Source: Piedraia hortae CBS 480.64
Taxonomy: Eukaryota
NCBI GenBank assembly: GCA_010093745.1
Contig: MU006008.1
Location: 49,177 to 104,968 of the forward strand
Direction of reading: 5' to 3'
DNA: 55,792 nt
A program made the position numbers and the translations under genes. A model generated the notes under the pieces. The model was not told the origin of the DNA. It made no database searches and was given only the letters and a program-made list of their open reading frames with translations. Each line of letters begins with the position of its first letter. The first letter of the stretch is position 1. This document shows, piece by piece, positions 1 through 9,963 of the stretch.

Positions 1-81
1 CGGAAAACTAGTTGACGCGTGAAGTCGAGAGCCGAGCGCCGGTTACTAATAATGCGCGTAATATACCGCATATTTACAACA
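1..81 (+). mobile_element. Short solo-LTR-like element, family A (~130 bp), cut by the window edge; strand is relative only
   Basis: Near-identical to 279-285 plus 558-630 and to the reverse complement of 27085-27163; ends in ...ACAACA. Confidence 0.7.
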
Positions 82-230
82 ATAGTCCATCGAAAAGGGA
101 GAATTTCCCTGACGCAAGTGGGTAACGGGTTGAATCATTCTTTGATGGTGGAGCCGCTATGGTGCTACTGGTGGTAAGGCAGGGGCAAGCGCGAAGGTCA
201 AAATAGACGCCGGAAGCGAGGCTCGGTACA

Positions 231-630
231 TGTTATATTTGTGAGTAGATGTGTACCAGTATGCATACAAATCCCTACGGAAAACTGTTTTGAATAGAGA
301 GATTGGACGACTGTGGAGGGGTGAAAAGATAAATTGTAAGTCACAATTCTTCCTCTCAAGGACTGACTTTATATACAATAACTTCCGATGCTCCCAGCCT
401 TCCGTTGAGGAGCCCAACCTCTTTCCAACCTCTTCACCAGCCTTTTCTTTAGCCACCCCAACCTCTGCAGGTTATTTGTCTTAGTGCGTAGGGCAACTTG
501 GTGCCGGAAGCTACCGAGGAGCAACATGACCAGCGTCGGCTTAGTCTCAACAAAAATCAGTTGACGCGTCAAGTCGAGAGCCGAGCACCAGTTACTAATA
601 ACGCGCGTAATATACCGCGTATTCACAACA
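231..630 (+). mobile_element. Family A short solo LTR (231-285 and 558-630) interrupted by a nested family B LTR
   Basis: TGTT...AACA termini; 5-bp flanks GTACA/TTACA; the two halves joined match the uninterrupted copy at 27085-27213. Confidence 0.75.
286..552 (-). mobile_element. Nested solo LTR, family B (267 bp)
   Basis: TGTT...AACA termini; flanks AAAAC (281-285) / AAAAT (553-557); minus-strand TATATAAAAG followed by a pyrimidine-rich 3' part; absent from the other two family A copies. Confidence 0.75.
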
Positions 631-653
631 TTACATGCATAGACGCCTTGCGA

Positions 654-703
654 CATGATTGGCTGCCAACCGCCCCGCTAGCTGCCTTATTTCATGATTG
701 GCT
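654..703. promoter_or_regulatory. Duplicated CCAAT-box-containing 11-mer (CATGATTGGCT x2)
   Basis: Exact direct repeat at 654-664 and 693-703, each with an inverted CCAAT. Confidence 0.3.
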
Positions 704-1085
704 AATAGCGCACGCGGCAGATAGACATTGACCCAATAGGCGATCAAGATGTCTTGGGAAGCTTACCTCGTGGTGTGATATGTCATCGAACTATGTTTGA
801 CCTGTCGCTGGCCGGTTGCTACCGGAACCATCGACCGTAGGGCTTATATCACCGGTCAACTTATACCGTCTTCATGAGTAGCTTACTCAATTCCAGTACT
901 TCTGACGAGATTCGTATGCATACTTTCAATTACCTTTTTTTCTGATACTATATTTCAAACCTTTATTGAGATATTCGATCCCGAATATTCGAGGCCATCC
1001 TTACTTTGCTATATTCGAAGCGTCCTCCAAATGTCATACGACGTTACATCATGTAAATTGTGGCGAGAGCTTCCAACGTGTGCCT

Positions 1086-1882
1086 TGCAGCGAATGGGCC
1101 TAAATAATTTCATGGAATGGAGTGACATGTACGGAATGGGGTGCGCTTTGTAAATATGCACACCACTTTATTGAAAACCCGTAAATTTGATACGCACGAT
1201 GCTTTCTGCATGGGCGAAAACCAAGGCAAAGTACTCCGGATGGGTGGAGTTCATGGCAACACTATAAAGACTCGGCTAAGGCCTTCACAATGACTGGGCA
1301 TCCGCTTTGGCTGATCCGGAGGTATTTGAAATATTAAGAGCACAGAACGGACTCACTTTGTCAGGGGGCGACCGTAATCCTTCTCCAACACGCCTATCTA
1401 GTCAGAATATTGAACCAAAGAGACAATTCAAGAGAGAGGTAAAGGAAGAACTCGAAGAAACTATAAAAGAGATCAGAGAGGAACTCAGAAGGGCACTTGG
1501 TAAAGAAGTCAAACAGGATCCCAGTCAAGAAATAGAACAGCAATCTCGTGATGGTAATTCAGTGCCTATTGACTCCGTCAAACCCGCAAAACTTAAAGCT
1601 CCCAAAGATCAACAGGCCAGTGATCAAACCTCTACCGAGAATCTCGATACTCCAAGGCCTGCAAGGCCAAATGAACTCGACCCTCTTGATGATGACATGA
1701 GAAAAGATAGAGATGACAGTAAAGTCGGCATAAAACAGGGCCATGATCCCTGGGCGCCAGAGCAGAGAGGGACAAAGCAACACGAACGAGATAACAGTCT
1801 AAAACACGAATCAAAATCTGCCAGTAGGCCGCAAGGTTCTGAACGTGAGCTCAAGAGAAGAAAAGAGCACGATGGGTATTAA
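1086..1882 (+). pseudogene. Decayed gene of unknown family (charged coiled-coil plus disordered tail), copy A
   Basis: The 191-aa open tail is preceded in frame by ...GWVEFMATL*RLG*GLHNDWASAL; homologous in inverted orientation to ~2450-2918. Confidence 0.55.
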
Positions 1883-2449
1883 GACACACCAATAGCTAAG
1901 GTGGCTTATCATCTCCGCGCACTTAGCGTGCCTTCTTTCCGAACTTAAGCTCTGATGCCAATAGTCAAGCATTCTAATTGGAACCGAAAGCAATTGAACG
2001 ACGAACGATGTCACCAACCTCTCGTCAGGGTCAAGAGATTTGAGGCACATACACACGACAATTATCCATGTTCAGCTTCAGCAATCAAAGCATTCACCTC
2101 CAACGCCTACTAGAACGAGTGAGGAGCGATTAGTGTATAGCTATCTTCTCAAGTTGGAGATTGACCACTTGCTGCTACCCACTGAATTTCGTAGATTCTT
2201 ATTCTTTGAGATCAGTACCTGAGCAAGCGTCTGATGGTTGACATGGCATTGCTCCCTCAAGGAGCTTTTGCCATCCCGTCGACCCATGCCCAAGATCTTG
2301 ATACTTATTGGCAAGGTTTAAGATTTCTTTTTCTAAGACCGATATCCTGTCTATGCTCTAAAACCCAGCATTGAACCATGACAAGTTTAGAGTCACCAGT
2401 AACTTCGAACGTATCGTCGCTAGGCGATTGGAACTATCTGAGGCTGTAC

Positions 2450-2918
2450 GACTTGAAGAGTCGCGGTCCTCTAGGGTAGCCTTCTCGTTCGTTCATTTAT
2501 ATGTTAGGGGTTTCTCTTTCGCGGGCCTCATGACCTCAATAGACTTGGAGGGTCCGGCACATTGTTTCTCTCAAAGCTCTCTTCGAAGTTCCTCTTCGGA
2601 GTTCCTCCTTCGGCTTCTCATTCATCTCTTTCCTTGGTTTCTTCTAGTCCCTCCGTTAACTCCCTCTTCATTTGTCTTTTTAGTTCAAATTTCTGACTAG
2701 ATAGGTGTGATGAAGAAGGGTATGGCCGCCTCTTAGTAAAGTGAGCCCTTTCTGGACTCTTATCCTTTCATACACCTCCCTCCGGATCAGCCAAAGCGGG
2801 TGCCCAATTATTGGGAAGGCCTTTGCCGGGCCTTTCTGGTGTTGCCATGAACTCTACCCATGCGGAGTATATTGCCTTGGTTTTCGCACATGCGGGAATC
2901 ATTGTTCGTATCAAGTTT
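2450..2918 (-). pseudogene. Decayed paralog of 1183-1665, copy B
   Basis: Minus strand reads AKTKAIYSAWVEFMATPERPGKGLPNNWAPALADPE, then a GGAG duplication, a 1-bp deletion and stops; aligns by eye with copy A. Confidence 0.6.
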
Positions 2919-3625
2919 GTGGCTCCGCAACGAAGAGGGAATCAGATGCAAGACATCGGCGTGCAGTTTGGGGTTTACAAGAGTACCAAGCGCTCTTGGG
3001 TTTGTATGCTATAGGGGATATTTCCCTTGGAGCAAGGTTAGACCGTGGGATAGACTTGGCATGGTCGGACTGCGATTCATCTGCATACGCCAAGAGCACG
3101 CCTATCCTGGAGCTGGCTATGCCAGATCCACGCCAAACCAGCAATTGTCAGTATGGTAATAGGCTAGTTCAGAGGTAGAGCTGAACATCACCTAATCTGC
3201 AGTTGCAGCGACGAGAGTGCACTTCCCGAAACTTTGTAGATATGTGAAGCTTGTGCCCTTTCCCCCAAAAGTGCCACGTGAGTGCGGTTGGGGATGCGAA
3301 GCACTCTCTGGTCCGAGGAGCTTGGTGCAGCACACCACGCCCAGCCACGAGTCCCATGAGGTGACAAGGGGGCTAGGCCTGATTGTGAAGTCAGACTGTG
3401 AGACCAGCATTCGCCCCAAGAGTTGATAGGAAGGTGGGTGGAACGGGTGGAATAAGACCAACAAACTGTTGAGTCTTGGCGTTTGTACACCCCTATCAAG
3501 CTAGCGTGATGCCTTGCAGTATTGAAATTTTTTTTTACCGCATTGCATATACACACCCCTTTCACGCTAACTTGGCACTAAGGAATTTGGCTGTACCACC
3601 ATTCTTTTTCACCACCACCACCATT

Positions 3626-4025
3626 ATGAAGTGTCTAAGCACCATCACATTCCTCTTATGCTTGACTTGCTTTGCACTCTGCATGTGTTGCTTTAAATTC
3701 ATTGATATGCAGGCTAACAAACCTTAGCCTGCAGCGCACGCGTAGCGAGCACTGGTGACGGCGCGATCGCGGCCACCGATAGCACGCCTGATGTTGACAT
3801 GGCAGAGCGACTTCGTACCATGGAAGATAAATTCTCTGGTATGCTCCATCAAGAACGGCCGTGTCAATGAGCTGACTAGTAGAAGAATTAAAGGCCACGC
3901 AGCACAAGCTAGACAAAGAGTCAGCAGTATGTTCTATGAACATCTGGAAGATATTGCAGACCAGTTTTAACATCTTTATAGCCATAGCGCAGGCCGCAGA
4001 TGCTGTTAGATACACCCATTTCTAG
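3626..4025 (+). CDS. Putative 102-aa small secreted protein; exons 3626-3680, 3728-3838, 3883-4025
   Basis: Signal-peptide-like MKCLSTITFLLCLTCFALS; intron 1 GCATGT..GCTAAC..TAG (GC-AG, 47 nt); intron 2 GTATGC..CTGAC..TAG (44 nt); spliced frame open to TAG. Confidence 0.65.
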
Positions 4026-4123
4026 GCGTCGACAACTCGTCTCTTGCTCAAATTCGTATATGAGCGTGAGTGGGATCTTAAATTTGGCTATAATATGTGG
4101 CTTATAGGTGCATAGTGTCCGCT

Positions 4124-5500
4124 ATGCTCGGCTTCCTACCAGTCTGGCTCTTCGGATAGACCGCTTTGGCCAACACATGTACGTTGCTAGTGCACCGCCA
4201 ATGTGATTTGAGGCTGACAGATCAATGCAGGGGCCGAACTGGCAACTCTTCCGGCCAATGGTAGTCGTGACTGGCAGAACATCTGCCGTCTTGCAGCGCC
4301 AGCCGTCCTGCTCTTCCTGACAAGACTTTTGGTACCTTGCAAGGTTATAGTTTATCTGTTCCTGACGGCCAAAATATTTTGGTTTGGCCGAGTCCTTCGA
4401 GTGAGATTCGACAATAACGGGGACTTGACACTGGAAAAAGTTCCCGCTAGAGCACTCAAGCCGGGCGACCTGATCCGAATACGGGACAGGCAGCCATTGA
4501 CATCAGACGTTCTGTTTATCTGTAATGTGTCAAGCCTAAGGGATCACGCCGCTATTCACCACCAGCACAAGTCGATACGCAATGGAGCCAAATCCTTGCC
4601 AATTCAGGTAGCTGTTCCTGCCATCGATCAGGACGCCCTTGCAATCAACGACGAGACCTGGATAAACGGACACCTGCTCACCACAAAGTACAAAAGCAGC
4701 GTGGGCTATCTTGCCACGCACTGCTTCCAAAGCCGTGCGTATGCCAGTGTGATAAGCCCCTCAAGGGTTCATTGGCTCGGCCGCAACACTTAGGTCGATC
4801 GGACCTAGAAGGGCCCAAAGCACTACACCAGTGGATCCGCAACCCCGGGCCCTTGGGCGACTTCCAGCCGGACTCTCTCAACCATGAGGTCTTTGCACGC
4901 GCAGAGAAGCTCGGCGTGGGAGTAATGTTCTTGGTCAGCATCGCACATCGCGACATCGGATCCCGATTCCATGCCTTGGGCCATAAAAGCATGTGAAGCT
5001 GCACAGCAGCTTTCGTCTCGCGTACTTTTACGGTCGCCGATCTGATGCGCATGACAAGGGGCTTCCACTCCTGCGCCAGGTTGAAAGCCAAGACGCAGCT
5101 TATAGGCCTGCTGCAGCAAAGCGGCTACATCACCGCCATGGCAGGACGTGATGCGCGTGTCTTGCGCCTAGCTCGCCTGGAGCCTGGTTTCAAGGCCGAT
5201 GAAGGTGTCATCGGGGGCTGCAAAATTTTCTTCCACAACAACTTCAACCCATCGGGCTACCATACATGATGGAAGCCGTCGAAATGGCGCAAAGAGCCCA
5301 GGCACAGCCTTGAAGACGTTGTGGATATCCGGCTGGCTATCATGATGTACCACGCGCTATACCTGATGATGAGGCATGCCATCGCTAACGAGTCGACATC
5401 GATTGACCTCTCGGCGACGATGATCATCCTGGCGGAAATCAGGACGGCGCCGTGGGCGTTCATGGGACAAATACGCCAAACCGCGCAGTAAGCATGGCCT
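4124..5500 (+). pseudogene. Highly degenerate, internally deleted P-type ATPase-like relic
   Basis: ARALKPGDLIRIRDRQPLTSDVLFI resembles the actuator domain; AKTQLIGLLQQSGYITAMAG resembles the P-domain strand before GDGxND; fragments lie in different frames; no DKTGT; intron-like 4179-4220. Confidence 0.45.
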
Positions 5501-5969
5501 GGCTGTTTGGGCAGGTAGTGGTCAAGCCTCTGCATGCCGAGCCAACCGAGCTAGCCGTGGTCGTGTTGCACCTGATGCTAACGTGGGCACCCATGGGTGC
5601 CGATGTCACGACCTGGCCCTTCCGCGAAGATCGATGTCAGTCCAAAGATTGTTCGAATCCATCCAAGTGGTCTTCGTTCGCAATACCTTCCATTGCCATG
5701 ATAATTCCAGGTGCGGCGACCACCCCACGCCTGATCGTCCCAGCGCCCCAAGATCGAAGGGTGCGAACCACCAATTGCACAGGTTCCACCCGAAAGTCAA
5801 TCTTCACCGTGTGATGGGAGGATTTCTTGCATGCCATTAGAGACCCTATCGTTAAGCGAGCATGGATGAGGACGTTGCATGCGGGCCCACTCGAGTCGAT
5901 ATATATAGAGTTTGGCCTCTTGATACAGTCAAACCGGGATATAGCGGACAGTGGATACGTCGGATTCTT

Positions 5970-6026
5970 TTTTTTTTTTTTAAGTAGCAGCACCTCTAAT
6001 TTGGTCTTCACACACCTGTAGGTACC
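5970..6026 (-). mobile_element. Tiny retro-inserted fragment with poly(A) tail and 18-bp target-site duplication
   Basis: T14 run at 5968-5981; flanking direct repeats TGGATACGTCGGATTCTT (5952-5969) and TGGATACAGCGGATTCTT (6027-6044), 16/18 identical. Confidence 0.6.
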
Positions 6027-6251
6027 TGGATACAGCGGATTCTTGATGGCGGACAAAATACCCGCGCCAGGCCGATCCGCTACAACCAGATTGTACTGTG
6101 TCATCCCGTTCGGCCTATCTAGCCTAGTATCATCTCAACTCAGCAGGATTTAACATCAAGTTCAGAAAGAGCATCATCTAGCAAGCTCGACTGTGAACGG
6201 TCAGTCTCCTGGATGACCTGATTGGATCGTCCCCAGCTGGGTGAAGGTATC

Positions 6252-6281
6252 CGCGTGGATCGCGCGTCACGCGTCGCGCGT
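6252..6281. promoter_or_regulatory. Cluster of MCB-like (ACGCGT/CGCGT) cell-cycle boxes upstream of SMC6
   Basis: CGCGT at 6252, 6263, 6270 (full ACGCGT at 6269-6274) and 6277, about 150 bp upstream of the ATG. Confidence 0.55.
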
Positions 6282-6422
6282 CAACCGCGACGACATTTCC
6301 CGCTTCAAACCATCAATAACCACATGCGGCTTGCTCACAGTGAACGCTTCTTCTCCCATTTCAAGTCCCAAACGGTCCAGCAGGAAGACTCATCATCAGA
6401 TACAGACCTCAGCGCATACGCA

Positions 6423-9400
6423 ATGTCCCGGAAGAGGACCCGCGAAGTCGACAGCGACGCGGAATCAGAGGCTGCGAGGTCATCGACGAGGAAGCGCACG
6501 CGTGTTACACCAGACGGCGATCTATCTTACGACGACGAGGAGGAGGAGGAGGAGGACGGCGTAGCGGATGACGTCGACGTGATGGACGGCGCGGAGGACG
6601 ATGCCAGCGATGTCGGAACCGTATTATACGACGACGACGATGATGAGGACGAAGAGGCGCTGGACTACCGGGCAACGCAGGCGGTGCAACGGCAGATGAC
6701 GCAGTACACGGAGAATTTGGCCATGGAACAGGGCGTGATTGAGGAGGTTTTCTGCCGCAACTTCATGTGCCACTCCAAGCTGCGCATCCGACTGGGGCCC
6801 CTGATCAACTTCATCATCGGCCACAATGGCAGCGGCAAGAGCGCGGTGCTCACGGCGCTGACCATGTGTCTGGGCGGCAAGGCAACGGCAACCAACCGCG
6901 GCGCGAGTCTCAAGAGCTTGATCAAGCAGGGCGAGGACAACGCAACTTTGGCGGTGCGCATCAAGAACCGCGGCGAGGGCGCGTACAAGGCGGAACTGTA
7001 CGGCAACAGCATCATAGTCGAGCGCCACTTCTCACTGACACGCGGCTCCGGCTTCAAGCTGAAGAGCGCCGACGGCCGTGTTGTCAGCACCAGAAAGGCC
7101 GATCTGGACGATATCCTCGACTACTATGCCTTCCAGCTGGATAATCCGATCAATGTGCTCACGCAGGACATGGCGCGCCAGTTTCTGTCCAACTCGTCGC
7201 CGGCAGACAAGTATCGCTTCTTCATCCGCGGCACGCAGCTGGAGTCCCTCGATAATGACTACAACATTCTGGAGGAGCATCACGATAATATTGCCGAGAA
7301 GTTGCAGCGCCGCCGAGAGGACATTGACGCTCTGCGCGCGCGGGAAGAAGAGGCTAAGCGCAAGAAAGAGCGATTCGATACAATGCGAGTGCTGCAAGAG
7401 AAGATTGGCGAGTACCGCCACATGCACGCCTGGGCCCAGGTGGCCGAGCAGGAGCGATCGCTGGCCGAACACCAGCAAGCCGTGGCCGATGCCCAGGCAG
7501 CCGTTCAGCTCAAAGAACGCGATGCCGAAGAAGCGTCGCATGCCTACGCGCAGCACGACGAAACCCAAGAGATGGCGGTGCGCGCAGTCGAGCAGCTTCG
7601 CGAACAGATGGCGCCCGTTGAGGAGGCGCGCGCAGTCGCCAAGGACCGCTTCGACTCAAATACTCGCGCTCTGGCCAACATCAACGCGCAGCGACGCAAC
7701 ATTCGAGAAGAGATAAAGCGACTGAGGAGCACCGAGAAGGACCTAGAAGGCCGCATCCGTGACGAACAGGCGCGCATAGCCGGCGCCGAGGGCACAGAGA
7801 ACGCGCAGCGTCTGGCCAAGTTGGAAGAGCTCAAGGGCCGCGCAGAGGAGGCCAAGAGAGAGCTGAGATCGCACGAAGAGAGTCTACCAGACATCGTTAA
7901 GCGGCGGGACGAAGCTTTCCACACGTTGGAGGCTGCGAAGCCGGGATTGACACAGCACGAGGAGACGGTGCAGCAGGCGAAACTGTTGCTCAGCCGCGTT
8001 CAAAGCAGCGGAAGCCGTGAATGGGACGCTTATCGCCCTAACATGGATCAGCTCGTCCGCGCCGTGGCCCGCGAAACCAAGTGGCAGCATCGTCCGGTTG
8101 GTCCGATTGGAAAACACGTCACGCTGCGTGCAGACAAGATGGAGTGGAGTTCGATCATCGAGAAGACGTTTGGAGGTGCCCTGGAGGCGTTTGTGGTGAC
8201 GAATATCAACGACCACCGCCTCCTGAAGGACATAATGCGCCGTGTCAAGTGCGAACCGCCTATTCTCATGGGTGAGGCCACGCCCATCGACACTCGCGGC
8301 CACGAGCCGGAGGATCCCAATGTAGACACCATTATGCGTGTGCTGACCATTGGCGACCCTCTGGTGCGCAATCAACTCATCATCCACCAGTTCGTTGAAC
8401 AAATCTGCCTCATCCCGGACAGCCAAGAGGGCTACGACTTTTTATTCAAGGGTCAACGTCCGCGTAACGTCCGGGCTGTGGTTAGTTTTGCGGCGAGGCG
8501 TGGTTGCGGTATCCGCTACGAATTCACTCGCTCAGACGGCCAGAAAGCATCGCCCGTCGATAAGTGGGAGGGGCCGCTGCGAATCCAGGCCGACATTGAG
8601 CAACAAGCGGCCATGCAGAGGGAAGTTGTCCGCCAGGCCGAGCTGGAGCTTGAAGTAGAGAGGCAAAAGGTCCGCGATCGAGAACTAGCTTTGTATAGAA
8701 TCAACCAGGAAATCACTCGATTCAAGCGTCAGGCCCAGGACCTCAAAGTGGCCATGCAACGTGCCGAAGACGCTGTTGAGGAGCAGACAAACCTCATAGA
8801 ACGCAGCATGCCGCAGGACGGCCGTCTACAGGAACTCGAACACCAGCTACGGGAAGCCCAAAACGACCTCGAGCTGTCAAACAACACGTATGAAGATGCA
8901 ATTGTGGAAAAGGACCAGTGTGATGCCCGCGCCGTCGGGTACAAGGCCGCGTTGGACCAAGCCCAGGAGGAGCTCAGCGGTTGCATGGCCGCAATACATC
9001 GTGCCCAGGAAAAACTGACAAACATCGGTCACTCACGGGATGAATCGTTGCAACTGAAGAACAGGGCCATCGCAGCGGTAGAGAACTCCAAGCGGTTTGT
9101 TGAAGCCTGTCAGAGAAAGCACGAGGAGCAAAAAGCAAGAGTTGAGGCTTTCATACGTGATGCGTCGTCTGTTTGTGCGCGTGTGCCGATTGGGGCTGGC
9201 CTTACGCCGCAAGTCATTGACGAACGATTGGAACGTCTCACTCAAGACCTTCGACGGCAGGAGAGGGAGCTTGGTGGCACGCATGAAGAGCTAAGACTAG
9301 CATATGAGAACGCCAAACTCGACCATTCTCGGGCCAAGAGAGCATACGATGAGATGGCAAGCTTTAGAGATGTGAGTTTGGGAGCCGTTTTTGCCGCTGT

Positions 9401-9926
9401 CTTCAATACTGATCGGTTACAGGCTTTGCTCCATGCGCTGGGCTACCGACGCATGCGCTGGGAAATGTTCCAGAAACACATTTCTGTTCGCGCCCGTTGC
9501 CAGTTCCGCTATCTGCTCAGCGAGCGCAACTTCCGTGGCAATTTATTGATAAACCACCAGGAGAAGCTGCTGGACATTGCCGTCGAGCCAGACCTCTCCC
9601 GTCGCTCAGACGCTGGGCGCGAGGCTAGGACGTTGAGCGGCGGTGAAAAGTCGTTTTCCACCATCTGTCTGCTCCTGAGCATCTGGGAGGCCATGGGCTC
9701 TCCAATCAGGTGTTTGGATGAGTTTGATGTGTTCATGGACAACGTCAATCGCGCCACCAGCATGGGCCTCATGATTCAAGCCGCCAGACGCTCTGTCGGT
9801 CGTCAATTTATCCTCATCACACCACAAAGCATGAATAATGTGGAGATGGGAGATGACGTTAAGGTTCACAAGATGAGTGATCCCGAACGTGGACAACAAG
9901 TCTTACCTTTTACCCAAGAGAGGTAG
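6423..9926 (+). CDS. SMC6: Structural maintenance of chromosomes protein 6 (Smc5/6 complex); in-frame intron 9372-9422
   Basis: Walker A GHNGSGKS, long coiled coils with hinge, LSGGEKSFS signature, Walker B LDEFDVFMD; first true ATG of an acidic N-terminus at 6423. Confidence 0.93.
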   Translation: MSRKRTREVDSDAESEAARSSTRKRTRVTPDGDLSYDDEEEEEEDGVADDVDVMDGAEDDASDVGTVLYDDDDDEDEEALDYRATQAVQRQMTQYTENLAMEQGVIEEVFCRNFMCHSKLRIRLGPLINFIIGHNGSGKSAVLTALTMCLGGKATATNRGASLKSLIKQGEDNATLAVRIKNRGEGAYKAELYGNSIIVERHFSLTRGSGFKLKSADGRVVSTRKADLDDILDYYAFQLDNPINVLTQDMARQFLSNSSPADKYRFFIRGTQLESLDNDYNILEEHHDNIAEKLQRRREDIDALRAREEEAKRKKERFDTMRVLQEKIGEYRHMHAWAQVAEQERSLAEHQQAVADAQAAVQLKERDAEEASHAYAQHDETQEMAVRAVEQLREQMAPVEEARAVAKDRFDSNTRALANINAQRRNIREEIKRLRSTEKDLEGRIRDEQARIAGAEGTENAQRLAKLEELKGRAEEAKRELRSHEESLPDIVKRRDEAFHTLEAAKPGLTQHEETVQQAKLLLSRVQSSGSREWDAYRPNMDQLVRAVARETKWQHRPVGPIGKHVTLRADKMEWSSIIEKTFGGALEAFVVTNINDHRLLKDIMRRVKCEPPILMGEATPIDTRGHEPEDPNVDTIMRVLTIGDPLVRNQLIIHQFVEQICLIPDSQEGYDFLFKGQRPRNVRAVVSFAARRGCGIRYEFTRSDGQKASPVDKWEGPLRIQADIEQQAAMQREVVRQAELELEVERQKVRDRELALYRINQEITRFKRQAQDLKVAMQRAEDAVEEQTNLIERSMPQDGRLQELEHQLREAQNDLELSNNTYEDAIVEKDQCDARAVGYKAALDQAQEELSGCMAAIHRAQEKLTNIGHSRDESLQLKNRAIAAVENSKRFVEACQRKHEEQKARVEAFIRDASSVCARVPIGAGLTPQVIDERLERLTQDLRRQERELGGTHEELRLAYENAKLDHSRAKRAYDEMASFRDVSLGAVFAAVFNTDRLQALLHALGYRRMRWEMFQKHISVRARCQFRYLLSERNFRGNLLINHQEKLLDIAVEPDLSRRSDAGREARTLSGGEKSFSTICLLLSIWEAMGSPIRCLDEFDVFMDNVNRATSMGLMIQAARRSVGRQFILITPQSMNNVEMGDDVKVHKMSDPERGQQVLPFTQER

Positions 9927-9963
9927 TACATAAGGAAGAGTATATCTCAAAACCCCTGTATCG

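Noticed and set aside
82..230. TRIM-like element formed by two direct family A LTRs and a 149-bp interior
   Set aside because: No convincing PBS or polypurine tract in either orientation, and the second copy has its own flanking 5-bp repeat, suggesting independent insertions
6222..6422. N-terminal extension of the SMC6 ORF from a non-ATG start
   Set aside because: Overlaps MCB-like promoter boxes; ATG 6423 gives a typical N-terminus
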